Positions 36,463 through 47,685 of a stretch of DNA of 64,000 nucleotides are shown here, piece after piece. Origin of the DNA: Lytechinus pictus (lineage: Eukaryota); assembly GCF_037042905.1 (NCBI RefSeq), contig NC_087245.1:14756001-14820000 (forward strand), in the 5' to 3' direction. Every line of letters begins with the position of its first letter. Positions within the stretch are counted from its first letter, which is position 1. The notes under the pieces are model-generated. The model was not told the origin of the DNA. It saw nothing but the letters and a program-made list of their open reading frames with translations, and did no database searches. The translations under genes were made by a program, and so were the position numbers.

Positions 36463-39400
36463 TCAATCTCCGCTCGACGAGTTTGCGGCCATTCTCCTGC
36501 GATAGGCGACATAAAACATCGATGTAGTCATCGTGTTTAGGACGAATACACCTCCTAAAACTAGAAACACGGTAGTGAAGGATCGACTGGCATCTTTTAT
36601 GAACCCTGCATGTAAAGTGAAGTGACATTAGAAGTGTAAGATTGTTATTCAAAGGGGAAATTTATTTAAATCTATTTATCTCCCCCCCCATCTTTTACCA
36701 TTTCTTTTACCAGTGTTATGGAAGCAGGAAAATACAAAAGGAGCAAATTCTGAAAATTCTGGATTATGGTTTTGATAGATGGTATTATTATATTTTCTTA
36801 TTTGGCGATTTTATATGGTTTATGGCAAAGGCCGTCAACTCTGAACTTTCTTCAGTTTCACTGTACGTGGACAAAAACATCAATCCATTTCCTCATATTT
36901 TCTTTTTCTCATGTGTATTTCATTCGAGGGTACTTAATATGTTGTGATGGTGATTGTAGTGATGTTTTACCTGCTTGCTAAGAAATCAAGACTGCTTGTA
37001 AGCAAGCAACCAAAGGACAGAAAGCGTATTATCCTCTCTGAGTGATATGATAATGAGGGTAAATGCTTTATCAAATGACACAAGCGCATCAAGAAGGATC
37101 GAGCCCGGGTAACCAGATACCAAATGAGCTATCACGCCTTCTTAACCTAGAATTGGTGCGCTGTAGGAACTAGGTAACACTGATTCATGAGAAATTAAAA
37201 ATAATGAATATCAGTAATTTGGGTTACTGGGATTGCGTGATTATATTTTCATCTTCTTATTAAAAAGATAAGATGACAAGGTTTGAGGATTTATGAATTT
37301 CAGCTTCTTCCTCAAAGGATATTGGATGACGAGATATATGACATCTTTTAATTTCATCTTCTTAAATCAAAAGAAATAGGATGCCGATATTTAAGATTTT
37401 CGAATATCATCTTTTTCCTCAAAAGAAATTGCATTACGAAAGTTGATATTTAGGAATTTCATCTTCTTAATTCAAATGAAATTGAATGACGAGATTGAGA
37501 TATTTGCATACTATCTTCTTAATTAAAAGAAAATTGAGTGACGAGATTTTAGATCATTGAAATTCATCTTCTTAAATCTAAGGAAATTGGGGGACAAGAT
37601 TTTAGATCTTTGAATGGCATCTTTCTAAATGAAAGGAAACCGAATGACGAGAGCTTAGATCTTTGGAATTTATCTCCTCGAATCATATGTTATTGAAGGA
37701 CAAGATTGTAGGTCTCTAAATGTTCATTGAATGTCGAGATTTGAGATCTTTAAAATTCATCTTTTGGCTCAAAAGATATGGGATGGCGAGATCTGAGACC
37801 TTTTAATTTAATCTTTATCCTCAAAGGAAACTGGATGGCGAGATCTGAGATTTTTAATTTCATCTTCTTCCTCAAATATAAGTGGATGGCGAGATTTAAG
37901 ATCTATGAATTTCATCTTCCTCAAAAGAAATTGGATGACGAGATTTAAGATCAATGAATTTCATTTTTCTTCCTCAAAGGAAAATTGATGACGGAATTTG
38001 TGAGCTTTGAATTTCATCTTCTTCCTCAAAAGAAATTGGATAACAATATTTTATGTTTTCGAATATCATTTCCCGCACAGGAAATTGGATGACGAGATTT
38101 TGAGACCTTTGAATTTAATTTTCTTCCTCAAAGAAATTGGATGACGAGATTTTTTATCTTTGAATTTCATTTTTTTTTCAAAGAAAATTGGATAACAATA
38201 TTTTAGGTTTTCGAATGTCATATCCCTCAGAGGAAATTGGATGACGAGATTTGTGATCTTTGAATTTCATCTCCTTTCTCAAAGGAAATCTAATAACAAT
38301 ATTTTAGGTTTTCGAATGTCATCTCCCTCAAAGGAAATTGGATGACGAGATTTGAGATATTTGAATTTCATCTTCTTCCTCATATGAAATTGGATTGCAA
38401 GATTTGAGGTCTCTTCCTCAAATGAAATTTGATTGCAAGATTTGAGGTCTCTTTCTCAAATGAAATTGGATTGCAAGATTTGAGGTCTATGAATTTCATC
38501 TTCTTCCTCCAAATAAATTGGATGACGAGATTTGAGATCTTTGAATTTCATCCTCTTCCTCAAATGAAATTGGATGATGAGATTTGAGATTTTTTAATTT
38601 CATCTTCTTCCTCAAATGAAATTGGGTGACGAAATTTGAGATCTTTGAATTTCAAATTTTTTATATCATCTTTTTCCTCAAAAGAAATTGCATTACGAAA
38701 TATGATATCTAGGAATTTCATCATCTTAATTCAAATAAAATTGAATGACGGGATTGAGATCTCTGCATGTTATCTTCTTAATCCAAATTGAATTAAGTGA
38801 CGAGATTTTAGATCATCAAAATTCATCTTCTTGAATCTAAGGAAATTGAATGACGAGATTTGTGATCTTTGTATTTCATCCTCTTTCTCAAAAAAAATTG
38901 GATAACAATAAAGTAGCATGTGAGCATATCATAATATCATCAGAGGATTTACCTGACATGAAACCGCCAATCATTCCTCCCATTCCAGCCAACAAACCCT
39001 GAAGACCAGCTGCGAAAGTAAAGTTTTCGGGAGCGACAGCATACTTTGGATAGGCAGACGTCGAAACGAGACAGGTAAAGAGACACCAACCTTGAACAAA
39101 TGCCACAGCGCCCATCTTGGGAAAGGTATTAATAAGCGGATCAAGCAGAAATGTAATTGCTGTGATGATGTTGAAGGCGAGCGATATGACTATGGCGTTG
39201 CAACCAGAGTAGATCAACGCGATGTAAACCAACCGTCCCACGATACCCCCTGCACCGGCTAGAGTTGATAAGAACACCGCCTTTGAGCCTGGGATACCAT
39301 GCCATTCGGCCCTCGGCACCAAGAACAGAACCCAAGAAGTCAGTCCATACATGGTCAAGAAAATGGAAGGAGAAGAAACGCACATGAGAGGTTCTTTTAT

Positions 39401-42400
39401 GACTATGCAGCTCTGAAGCCATGATCTGAATTTCTCTCTGGTTGTATCGTGACTATTTTCAAGGTCCGCTTCAGGAATTAGATGTCGGTCGTCTCCATCT
39501 TCCATTATTTTACGATAAGAGTGTGTCCGCTTTCTTGACTTCGAGGAATAACTTGTAGATGGCATTTCTTCTATCAGAATCACTGTAGGCATCTCCTCTG
39601 CCTCCTCATTTCGATTCTCTTCTATACCATCTGTGCGATTTCTTAAAGCAATGCTCGCTGGAATGGCGTGCAAACTAAGACCACCTAAAATGACCATAGC
39701 TCCGACGTAGCCATATGCGCTAAGAGCCCTCTCCACAATGTAAGGTGCAATAAGGGCGCCGGTAGTGTTACCCATGTTGGCGATTCCAGCAGCCAAAACG
39801 TAACTCTCTTTGAAATATTCGTTCAGCATGATTTTCGACGACAGGTAACCCATGGACAACCCAGTGCCTGGATAAGAAAAAATGAAAGTTAGGTAGTTTT
39901 AAGTAGACATTATCGAACAGGATACACAGTTGTCATTGGGACCACTTAGATTCTGAAAATAAAATATTTCAGGCATGCTTTAAGACGGCTTAGAAGCGTT
40001 AAGGGAGATAATGGTATTATTAATATTCGTCCAGTAAAGTTTAAATTTGTCATTCTGTCATCCATAAAATACACATTTTTATCATCACATCTTTCAGATC
40101 GATATCATGATATACCCCTTGGCCCAATAAATGAAGAGTTTAGTTGCAAAAGGGGTTAGGTCCACTTTGGACCATTCCGAGAAAAAAACATGTTTTTTAT
40201 TCTCACTTATTGCAATATTCTTATGAGAAACTAAATTGTCATGATGTACTACCCTATCATGTGAACATAAAATTGGGTATAAAAGAAATCTACCTGTCAT
40301 CAATTTTTTTCTATATATTAAAAATACATCATTGTGGACCTAACCCCTTTTGCAAGTAAACTGAAATGAATCCAATCTCTTTTGATTAAAAACAAAGATT
40401 TTTCTTTGCCACTTTCATTCACGTTTTCATTTGAATTTCAAATTGTCTTTGGTATCATCAGAGTGACAAAAAATTTAGAGGTTTAGAGACAGAAAACAAT
40501 AAAATATATGAAAAATTTACCTAACCCCTTCTGACAAATGAGTTCTTCAGAAGAGATTAGTTGCAAAAGGGGTTAGGTCCACTCCAAAAAATCATTTTTT
40601 TAATTCTCCCATATTGCAATATTCTTATGCGAAACTGAATTTTCATGATGCCCTAGCATGAGAACATAAAATTGGGTATAAGAGAAATCTACCTGTCTTC
40701 ATATTTTTTATGATATTCTTCTCCAAAAAAAATCTGTGTGGACCTAACCCCTTTTTGCAAATAAACTGAAATGGACCTAACCCCTTTTGAAAAAAAAGGG
40801 ATTTTTCTTTGCGATTTTAGTTCACTTTTTAATAGGAATTTCAACTTTTCTTTGGTTTCATCTTATAGAGCTACTAAAAATCTATACATTAAGACATAAA
40901 AATTAAATTTGATGAAAAATGGACCTAACCCCTTTTACAAGTGAGCTCTTCAAATACATCTATTGCCGCAGAGTAAAACAAAAAATCTGTTCGTATTACA
41001 ACTAGTTGCCGGATCTCATCGACATAAAATGATATACTGGTACCCATGATTGGAATCCGTTCATCTACAAGATCTAATGTTAGAAGAATCTCTTACATCG
41101 TTAAATGGGTTAGATAGAATATGGGATAGAACCTCTTTGTATTTTTTTCACTAGAGTAGTTATTGTTCTTGCCTTATGCAGTATATATGTTTTTTATAAT
41201 TTTACTGTAACCATGTCAATCTGCCTTCAATTAAAATGTTACATGTGGGAAGCAGTGCTATAGTCATATCTGACTGAATTTTAGAAAGAGTTTACACACA
41301 ACAGCCTGGTTTCAGAAGGTTTCAAGCATCAATAGACAAGCCATTGAGTAGCAAGAAAGGTTCGCCTTTCCAACCCCTTGCCTTTTTCAAATTTTTTTCG
41401 ACGCTACCGTTTGTGGGTACCACTGAACATGCCTAAGAATGCTTGAGCAGACACGGGATTTGAGAAACAATCCACCGTGTGGTGGCAATGGCTTGCCCTC
41501 TCCAGCCCATTGTCCTAAACATTCCGACGCCATTGTCGATATGCAAAGATGGGAGGACCTACCTGTGATTGCAAGACTCAAAGCAAGTGCTGGAATGGAT
41601 GAGATCATCCCACCGGTCACAAGACAAGCGGATGAGAAGATTGCACCGAGCAGAGCGCACATCCGTGGTGACATCCAACCCTTATTCAAGGTATAGGCAA
41701 CGATCGGACCTGTGATATCGTGAACATACGCAGCGATTGGATGTTAACTCATAGAAAAAGAGCAAATTGTCAGCTCAAACTTCACTCTTAAAATCAACCA
41801 ATGTTTTGGTGAAATTGTGTCTGACCATCATCATGATCATGGGGGAATCGCCAAGACTCAAGATCAACCCATTGTCGTGTTAACCAACAGGCTGGTAATA
41901 ATGACCATCATATTGGCCATGCAAATGTTGTCAAGTCGGAAAATATAACACTTTCGTAATTTTGTCCAAACCATTGTAAGAGTATAGCCTAAATAATGGG
42001 CGACGTCTGAGTATTTGCTCGGGGGAAACGGACATATGTGACGAATTTTTTTCTTCAATGGCATGATAAGGGTATTAAAAAATATTCACGACCAAACCTT
42101 CTTCTTCGTTTTTCTTCCTCCTTTTCCTTTTCTTATCCCTTTCCCTTTTTTTATACTACTTGATATATCGTATGGGTTTTTACCCCCTTCCTATCACTTC
42201 GAAGAAACCCTTTGCGCCTGGTATTTGGATGGGGAGAAAAGAATACCACTGTCCAACAGGTCACTAAGTATCATTCTCAGATAAAAAAAGTATCGCTGTT
42301 GTATTGTTGCAAAACAAGGCCATACATAATTTTCATGGTCTTCAAAAAAATATCTTAAACAATTGAAATAATTTGACTACATCATGGAGACATCGTCCCT

Positions 42401-43533
42401 GACCTCCCCCCCCCCCCCCCGATGTTAGTAACTGCAAGAAGAGGAGTGACTCTTTTATGATCCTATTGTCAATCTTTATTTTTCAAATATTTCGAGTTGA
42501 GAGAAAGACACATCTTGATATTCTTTTCTGATTTGTTTCGGTCGCATTTCCCCATATACTTCTTCGTTTCCTTTTATGAAACGGCTTACCTTTGTTTTCA
42601 CCTTTATTTACCTTAATGTTTTTTGTATCGTTGCTGCATTTTCTTATATTTTACTCTGTTCTCGCCCTTCCATCATTTTCCTGTATTACTGTAAATCTAG
42701 TTTTCTGTCGTGTGCATTTTTAACATTTTGATAAAGAGTGGTAAACCCTGTCTACTAACGCTAGAAATAAAATAAAATATAAAAATGGAGAACAAAAGCA
42801 CACCTTAGTGTGTTTGTGTGCACTACGCGTGCTACTTCTTGCCCAAGACGATAACTTAAATAAATGATCTCATTTGTCTATATTTTTTTACAGAAAATTA
42901 AAAAAGAAGGGCTCTGTGCTGGGAAAACCTTCCATAATTATGCCACCACTTTTGTTAAGATATGCTTGGGTAATTTTATTGTTTAATATGATATTGTGGT
43001 TGATGCTAGCGCCAAATAATAGGCCTATTCACCTTCTGAAGTTCTGAATGAAAATCTCAATGGGTGCTTTTTTCTTTGAAAATATACTTCCAATATTGAG
43101 CATTGCTTTGTGATATCACGCTCTCCAGGCCACCCCTTTCTTTGTCTGTCTGTCTTTCTTTCTGTCTTTCTCCCTCTCATCCCCTCCTCCTCTCTCCCTT
43201 TCTCTTTATGTCTGCCTCACCCCTCTCTTATTTCAGTGAAAACTTTTGTAATTCAGTTATACAAGCCGCTATCATATTATCAAAACCTCAACAAATCAAT
43301 TAGAATTAACTTGAATCGAATTTAATTGAACTGAATTTATACTCACTGGCCAGATATATGAGAGATGACGGGAGACTGCACACGAAACCCAACGTTTTTG
43401 CATCGGTTTGAAGAACCACTACCATGACAGGAATCATAACTCCGAATGATTTGGAGATCGAGACATCTATACAGCTAAATGTAAACTTACTGAGGAGAAT
43501 GGCGTACCTCCATTTGTCACGTGAGTCTTCCAT
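36463..43533 (-). CDS. SLC16 / monocarboxylate-transporter-family MFS protein, 463 aa
   Basis: Exons (minus) 43533-43347, 41709-41563, 39867-38953 and 36605-36463 (1392 nt, GT-AG, all phase 1). MEDSRDKWRYAILLSKF...SKSFGVMIP...LASPIVAYTLNKGWMSPRMCALLGA...LNEYFKESYVLAAGIANMGNTTGALIAPYIVERALSAYGYVGAMVILGGLSLHAIPASIAL, a long central loop and a second 6-TM bundle ending GFIKDASRSFTTVFLVLGGV give the SLC16 pattern. The start could extend further upstream. Confidence 0.88.
37230..38910. repeat. ~52-bp minisatellite array (~1.7 kb) in the last transporter intron
   Basis: Consensus ~AAATTGGATGACGAGATTTGAGATCTTTGAATTTCATCTTCTTCCTCAAA(T/A)G, about 30 degenerate copies. Confidence 0.9.
40133..40951. 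mobile_element. Head-to-tail dimer of a ~410-bp TIR element with an AAAT TSD (Sola-like)
   Basis: Units 40133-40548 and 40550-40951; TIR GAAGAGTTTAGTTGCAAAAGGGGTTAGGTCCA / TGGACCTAACCCCTTTTACAAGTGAGCTCTTC; AAAT on both outer flanks. Confidence 0.78.
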
Positions 43534-44419
43534 TTCTCTCCCCGTCTTCCTTCCAAACATACACACAGAGCTATGGTGAACAGAAAATAGATCATAAACA
43601 GTATACAAATATCATAAATACTTATACTTTCGTTNNNNNNNNNNNNNNNNNNNNNNNNNNNNNNNNNNNNNNNNNNNNNNNNNNNNNNNNNNNNNNNNNN
43701 NNNNNNNNNNNNNNNNNNNNNNNNNNNNNNNNNNNNNNNNNNNNNNNNNNNNNNNNNNNNNNNNNNNNNNNNNNNNNNNNNNNNNNNNNNNNNNNNNNNN
43801 NNNNNNNNNNNNNNNNNNNNNNNNNNNNNNNNNNNNNNNNNNNNNNNNNNNNNNNNNNNNNNNNNNNNNNNNNNNNNNNNNNNNNNNNNNNNNNNNNNNN
43901 NNNNNNNNNNNNNNNNNNNNNNNNNNNNNGCTACTTGCTACTATCACTAAATCTTCCATTTGAACTCGATTGCTCACAAGCAGTTTTTAAGGAATACTTA
44001 TCGGAACTGAATTAAACTAAATGAAAACCAATCAAATGATAGGAAATAATCAATCCAAGTTAAATCTCAAAATTCAACTTACCAATTGCTGACTTGATCA
44101 ATATATACCAATGAAGTATTCGTCTAACACAAAAACCACCTTAATATACACCACCATAATACACGTGTCTTTTCAATACTACACCAGCATCTCTACAAAT
44201 CTTTATTCAAACAGGTGGGCGTAGATGTTGAACTGTTCAAATAAGAATATATTTAGTCACACAACCGGCACGAAGCTATAAATTCATGATATTTCTTTCA
44301 TAAAAACTGAGTATTTGACCCTAGGCTGTGTCCTTGTCTGGTTGTGGTTACCATATATAATAGGTAAATATTCATGGAGCTGCGTCAAAGCTCTATGCCT
44401 TTATTAATATTTGTTGTAT

Positions 44420-44512
44420 TGTGAATGACGAATACACGAGATTTGAGGGTGGAATTTGTTAGACTAACTCTAGACTGACTAATCTACAAATCTCGTGTTT
44501 TTGTCATTCAAA
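44420..44512. repeat. Short inverted repeat (MITE remnant)
   Basis: TGAATGACGAATACACGAGATTTG ... CAAATCTCGTGTTTTTGTCATTCA. Confidence 0.55.
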
Positions 44513-45814
44513 ATACCACGATATTCATGCTAATTAGGTGGTCTGTCTATGACAGATCACCTCTTATGTTTGTCCGAATTTTCTTTCTTTATTTTTTATT
44601 TCTTATTTTTATTTCCTCCATTTCTTGTGGACAGCAAATCACAGAAAGTTCATATTCAATAATCATCAAAATATCACCACATATCAACATCAATAAGACC
44701 TCAATTCTGCAAGAATCTTAATGTCATGACGTCATCATGACGTCATCTAGACGCCATTTTGTAAAATCACATTATCAATCATATCTCCATTATCAATTAT
44801 CAAAAATAAATCAAATTCACATGACATAAACTTCAGATCAAGGGTCATCAGGTCATGTCATCAAAGGTCACCTGAAGGTCACGACGCGCGCGTATGCGCG
44901 CGTCAAAATTTTAAAATGCTAAAAATCACTTTTTGACCAAAACAGAGTACGTTTTACGTCATTTTAAGCATTTCAAAAAATTGCGCGCGCAAACGTATGC
45001 GCGCGCGTTTCCGCGCGTAACGCCTTGAATGCAACTCAGAAACACCGTTTTTTTTATTTCATTGCATTGATCATATAATTTTGAGCAATTTGATACCTTG
45101 ATCAACCTTCTACGACCATTAATAAGGAAACTAACACCCGTTAAAGTTTGCAGCACGTGTGCGCGCGAGCTCTCACTATAGGCCATATATGGGCAAAAAC
45201 ATGCCTATAGAAAATCCGCTGTAGCTCTTCAGAACGCATGGGGACCCCCAATTTTTTTTTCATATTTTGATAGAGTATGAACTAGAGATATAATTTCATG
45301 TCTCATTTGACCCTCAATTATATTATGACGTCATCAAAATGGCGTCGGAATTCAAAAAATCCATTTTGCCTATTATGACGTCATTATAATTATGCAAATC
45401 TTGCTCTAACTCCGTGAATATTGGTCAATTTTCACCCAATTTTTGATATGTTGTAGCTTAGTTCTTACTCTTTCTGAGTTATTGCCTTTATTTTTCATTT
45501 TGATAGACAAATCATCCTCAAAAATTGCAAATAATAATGGCATGTCATTTTTACTCATTTTGCGTGTAATCTCTATGGGACATGACTTTTTCTCAAAACT
45601 AGATTCTACATTCTTCTATTTCGTAAGCCATATCTCCAATTTTTGTTGCTAGTTATCCCTGAGCTTTTAGTATGTTGTAGCTGAGATTCTAAGCTTTCGG
45701 TTGCGTTTCCTTCATTTTCCGATCAGATGTCGGGATCATGCCCGTAATTCACTTGCAAGATTGGATTTGAGATTCTGGTGTTTTGCTTACGTGTTAAGTC
45801 TATGGGAAATATTC

Positions 45815-45916
45815 TAGCTCAATCGGTTAGGCGTCAGACTTACTTCTCATTCCATCATGCAGGCAGGGGTTCGAGTCCGCGGGTGAACATGATTTTTTTT
45901 TTTTTTTTTTTTTTTT
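45815..45916 (+). ncRNA. tRNA-derived Pol III-like cassette (A box, B box, T-run); not a functional tRNA
   Basis: A-box TAGCTCAATCGG (45815-45826), B-box GGTTCGAGTCC (45868-45878), T24 at 45893-45916; the cloverleaf stems do not pair properly. Confidence 0.45.
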
Positions 45917-46004
45917 AGCTATCTTGCCCACGATCAATTATAAGAATTCTAACAAATAATAGCTAAAATATTGCAAAATAAAACAGATTATAATTACTTT
46001 TTTA

Positions 46005-46437
46005 TATCATATCTATTTATCTGTCTGTCTATCTACCTACATGACATATCTATCTCTCTGTCTAATATATATCTATCTGTTTGAATATGTCCCTCTCTCT
46101 CTATCTATCCATATGTCTGTCTGTCTATCAACCTACATTGTATATCTATCTGTCTGTTTATCTCTCTCTCTCTCTCTCTGTCTAATATATATGTATCNNN
46201 NNNNNNNNNNNNNNNNNNNNNNNNNNNNNNNNNNNNNNNNNNNNNNNNNNNNNNNNNNNNNNNNNNNNNNNNNNNNNNNNNNNNNNNNNNNNNNNNNNNN
46301 NNNNNNNNNNNNNNNNNNNNNNNNNNNNNNNNNNNNNNNNNNNNNNNNNNNNNNNNNNNTCTATATGTCTGTCTCTCTATCTATCTCTGTCTCGATCTCT
46401 ATCAATCTATATGTCTGTCTCTGTATCTATCTATATG

Positions 46438-46486
<49 letters not shown>

Positions 46487-47190
46487 ATATCTATCTATAT
46501 GTCTGTCTCTCTATCTATCTATATTTCTGTCTCTCTGTCTATCTATATGTTTGTCTATCTATATGTCTGTCTATCTATCCATGAAGCTATCACGAGAAGG
46601 AGAACCATCTTCCAATTTCTCTCTTAATCCTTTGTTATCGCTTCCTTCGGGCGAAGGAACGATATCTAACATCAATTGGCGAGCCGCCAGGCGAAAGTTA
46701 GAGCCCGCTTACATAACGCGATAGGACCACGCAGCATGAAGCTATTACGAGATAGCTCGTAATAGCTTCATGATATGTCTGTCTCTCTATCTATATATAT
46801 GTCTGTCTATCTATCTGTCTATCTATCTATCTGTCTGTCTCTCTTTCTATCTATATGTTTATATATGTTTTATTAATATAACCACCAATCATCTCTCTAT
46901 CTATCTATATATCTATATATCTATCAATCTATCTCTCTATCTATAAGTCTGTCTCTCTATCTATCTATATGTCTGTCTCTCTATCTATATGTCTGTCTCT
47001 CTATATCTATCTATATATGTCTATGTTTTATTAATATAACCACCTATAATTTATCTCTCCATCCATCACTCCATCCATCTAATATAATTATCTTTCTTGT
47101 ATGTATCTGTTTGATTATGTAAATCTGTTTGTCTATCTATTTTTCAATCTAATATCTGTTTAAATATTTTTTTCCTGTTTATCTATCTAT
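46005..47190. repeat. (CTAT)n/(CTGT)n microsatellite region inside the HINE
   Basis: Read directly; includes the gap at 46198-46359 and the insertion at 46580-46772. Confidence 0.9.
46580..46772. mobile_element. 193-bp insertion with 17-bp TIRs and a terminal perfect hairpin
   Basis: CATGAAGCTATCACGAG (46580-46596); CATGAAGCTATTACGAG-ATAG-CTCGTAATAGCTTCATG (46735-46772). Confidence 0.7.
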
Positions 47191-47685
47191 ACGACAGACC
47201 ACCTAATTCGTCCGCATGACGAATTAAAATCTAGTTGTAAATTCATTCCTAACTTTACGATCAGTTTTTGTGAAATACATCCCGATGAGCTAGACGCCTA
47301 TTATATTCACTGACGTATTTCTTCACCTGACCCATCACCCCTTTCCATACAAAAGAGAATGTTTGTTTAATCATCACCTAATGAGGTATTTTTTTTTGTT
47401 AGCAAAAATATTGCAAAGAAACACAAAGGCGTCACTTCATTGTTCACAAGCTTGCTTTTGTCTCATGTTTTGAATTGAAACCTGCTACCTTAGATGGTAC
47501 GGGAAATACACACGAAACATTTATACTATGACCTTGTTTCCGAAATCATTTTCAATAGTTATACCAAGTTTTAATAGTTATAGGTCTAGCTAGACAATTA
47601 GCAGGGGAATAAGAAATAAATAGCCCGTATGTGTCTTTTTTGGTTTTTGAACCTTTCTTAAATAGCACTAAAGTGAATCATTACC

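Larger units (their letters stand above)
44531..47236 (+). mobile_element. Non-autonomous Helentron/Helitron2-type element (HINE, DINE-1-like), ~2.7 kb
   Basis: The 5' subTIR AATTAGGTGGTCTGTC (44532-44547) is followed by a partial complement GACAGATCACCT, forming a 5' stem-loop. A perfect 16-bp 3' subTIR GACAGACCACCTAATT (47193-47208) is followed by the hairpin TAATTCGTC-cgcat-GACGAATTA and the end CTAGTT. The interior holds a (CTAT/CTGT)n microsatellite. Confidence 0.82.

Noticed and set aside
37230-38910. CRISPR-like appearance of regularly spaced repeats
   Set aside because: Units are contiguous and degenerate with no unique spacers, there are no cas genes, and the context is a eukaryotic intron.
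38888-38952. C-terminus of the 323-aa ORF (KSSDDIMICSH...)
   Set aside because: Read-through into the intron; the donor at 38952 splices to exon 36605-36463, which supplies the last TM helix.
40144-40940. Interstitial telomere
   Set aside because: GGGGTTAGG occurs only as isolated motifs within TIRs, not as (TTAGGG)n arrays.
45808-45890. Functional tRNA gene
   Set aside because: A and B boxes are present but the D, anticodon and T stems do not pair; treated as a tRNA-derived cassette.
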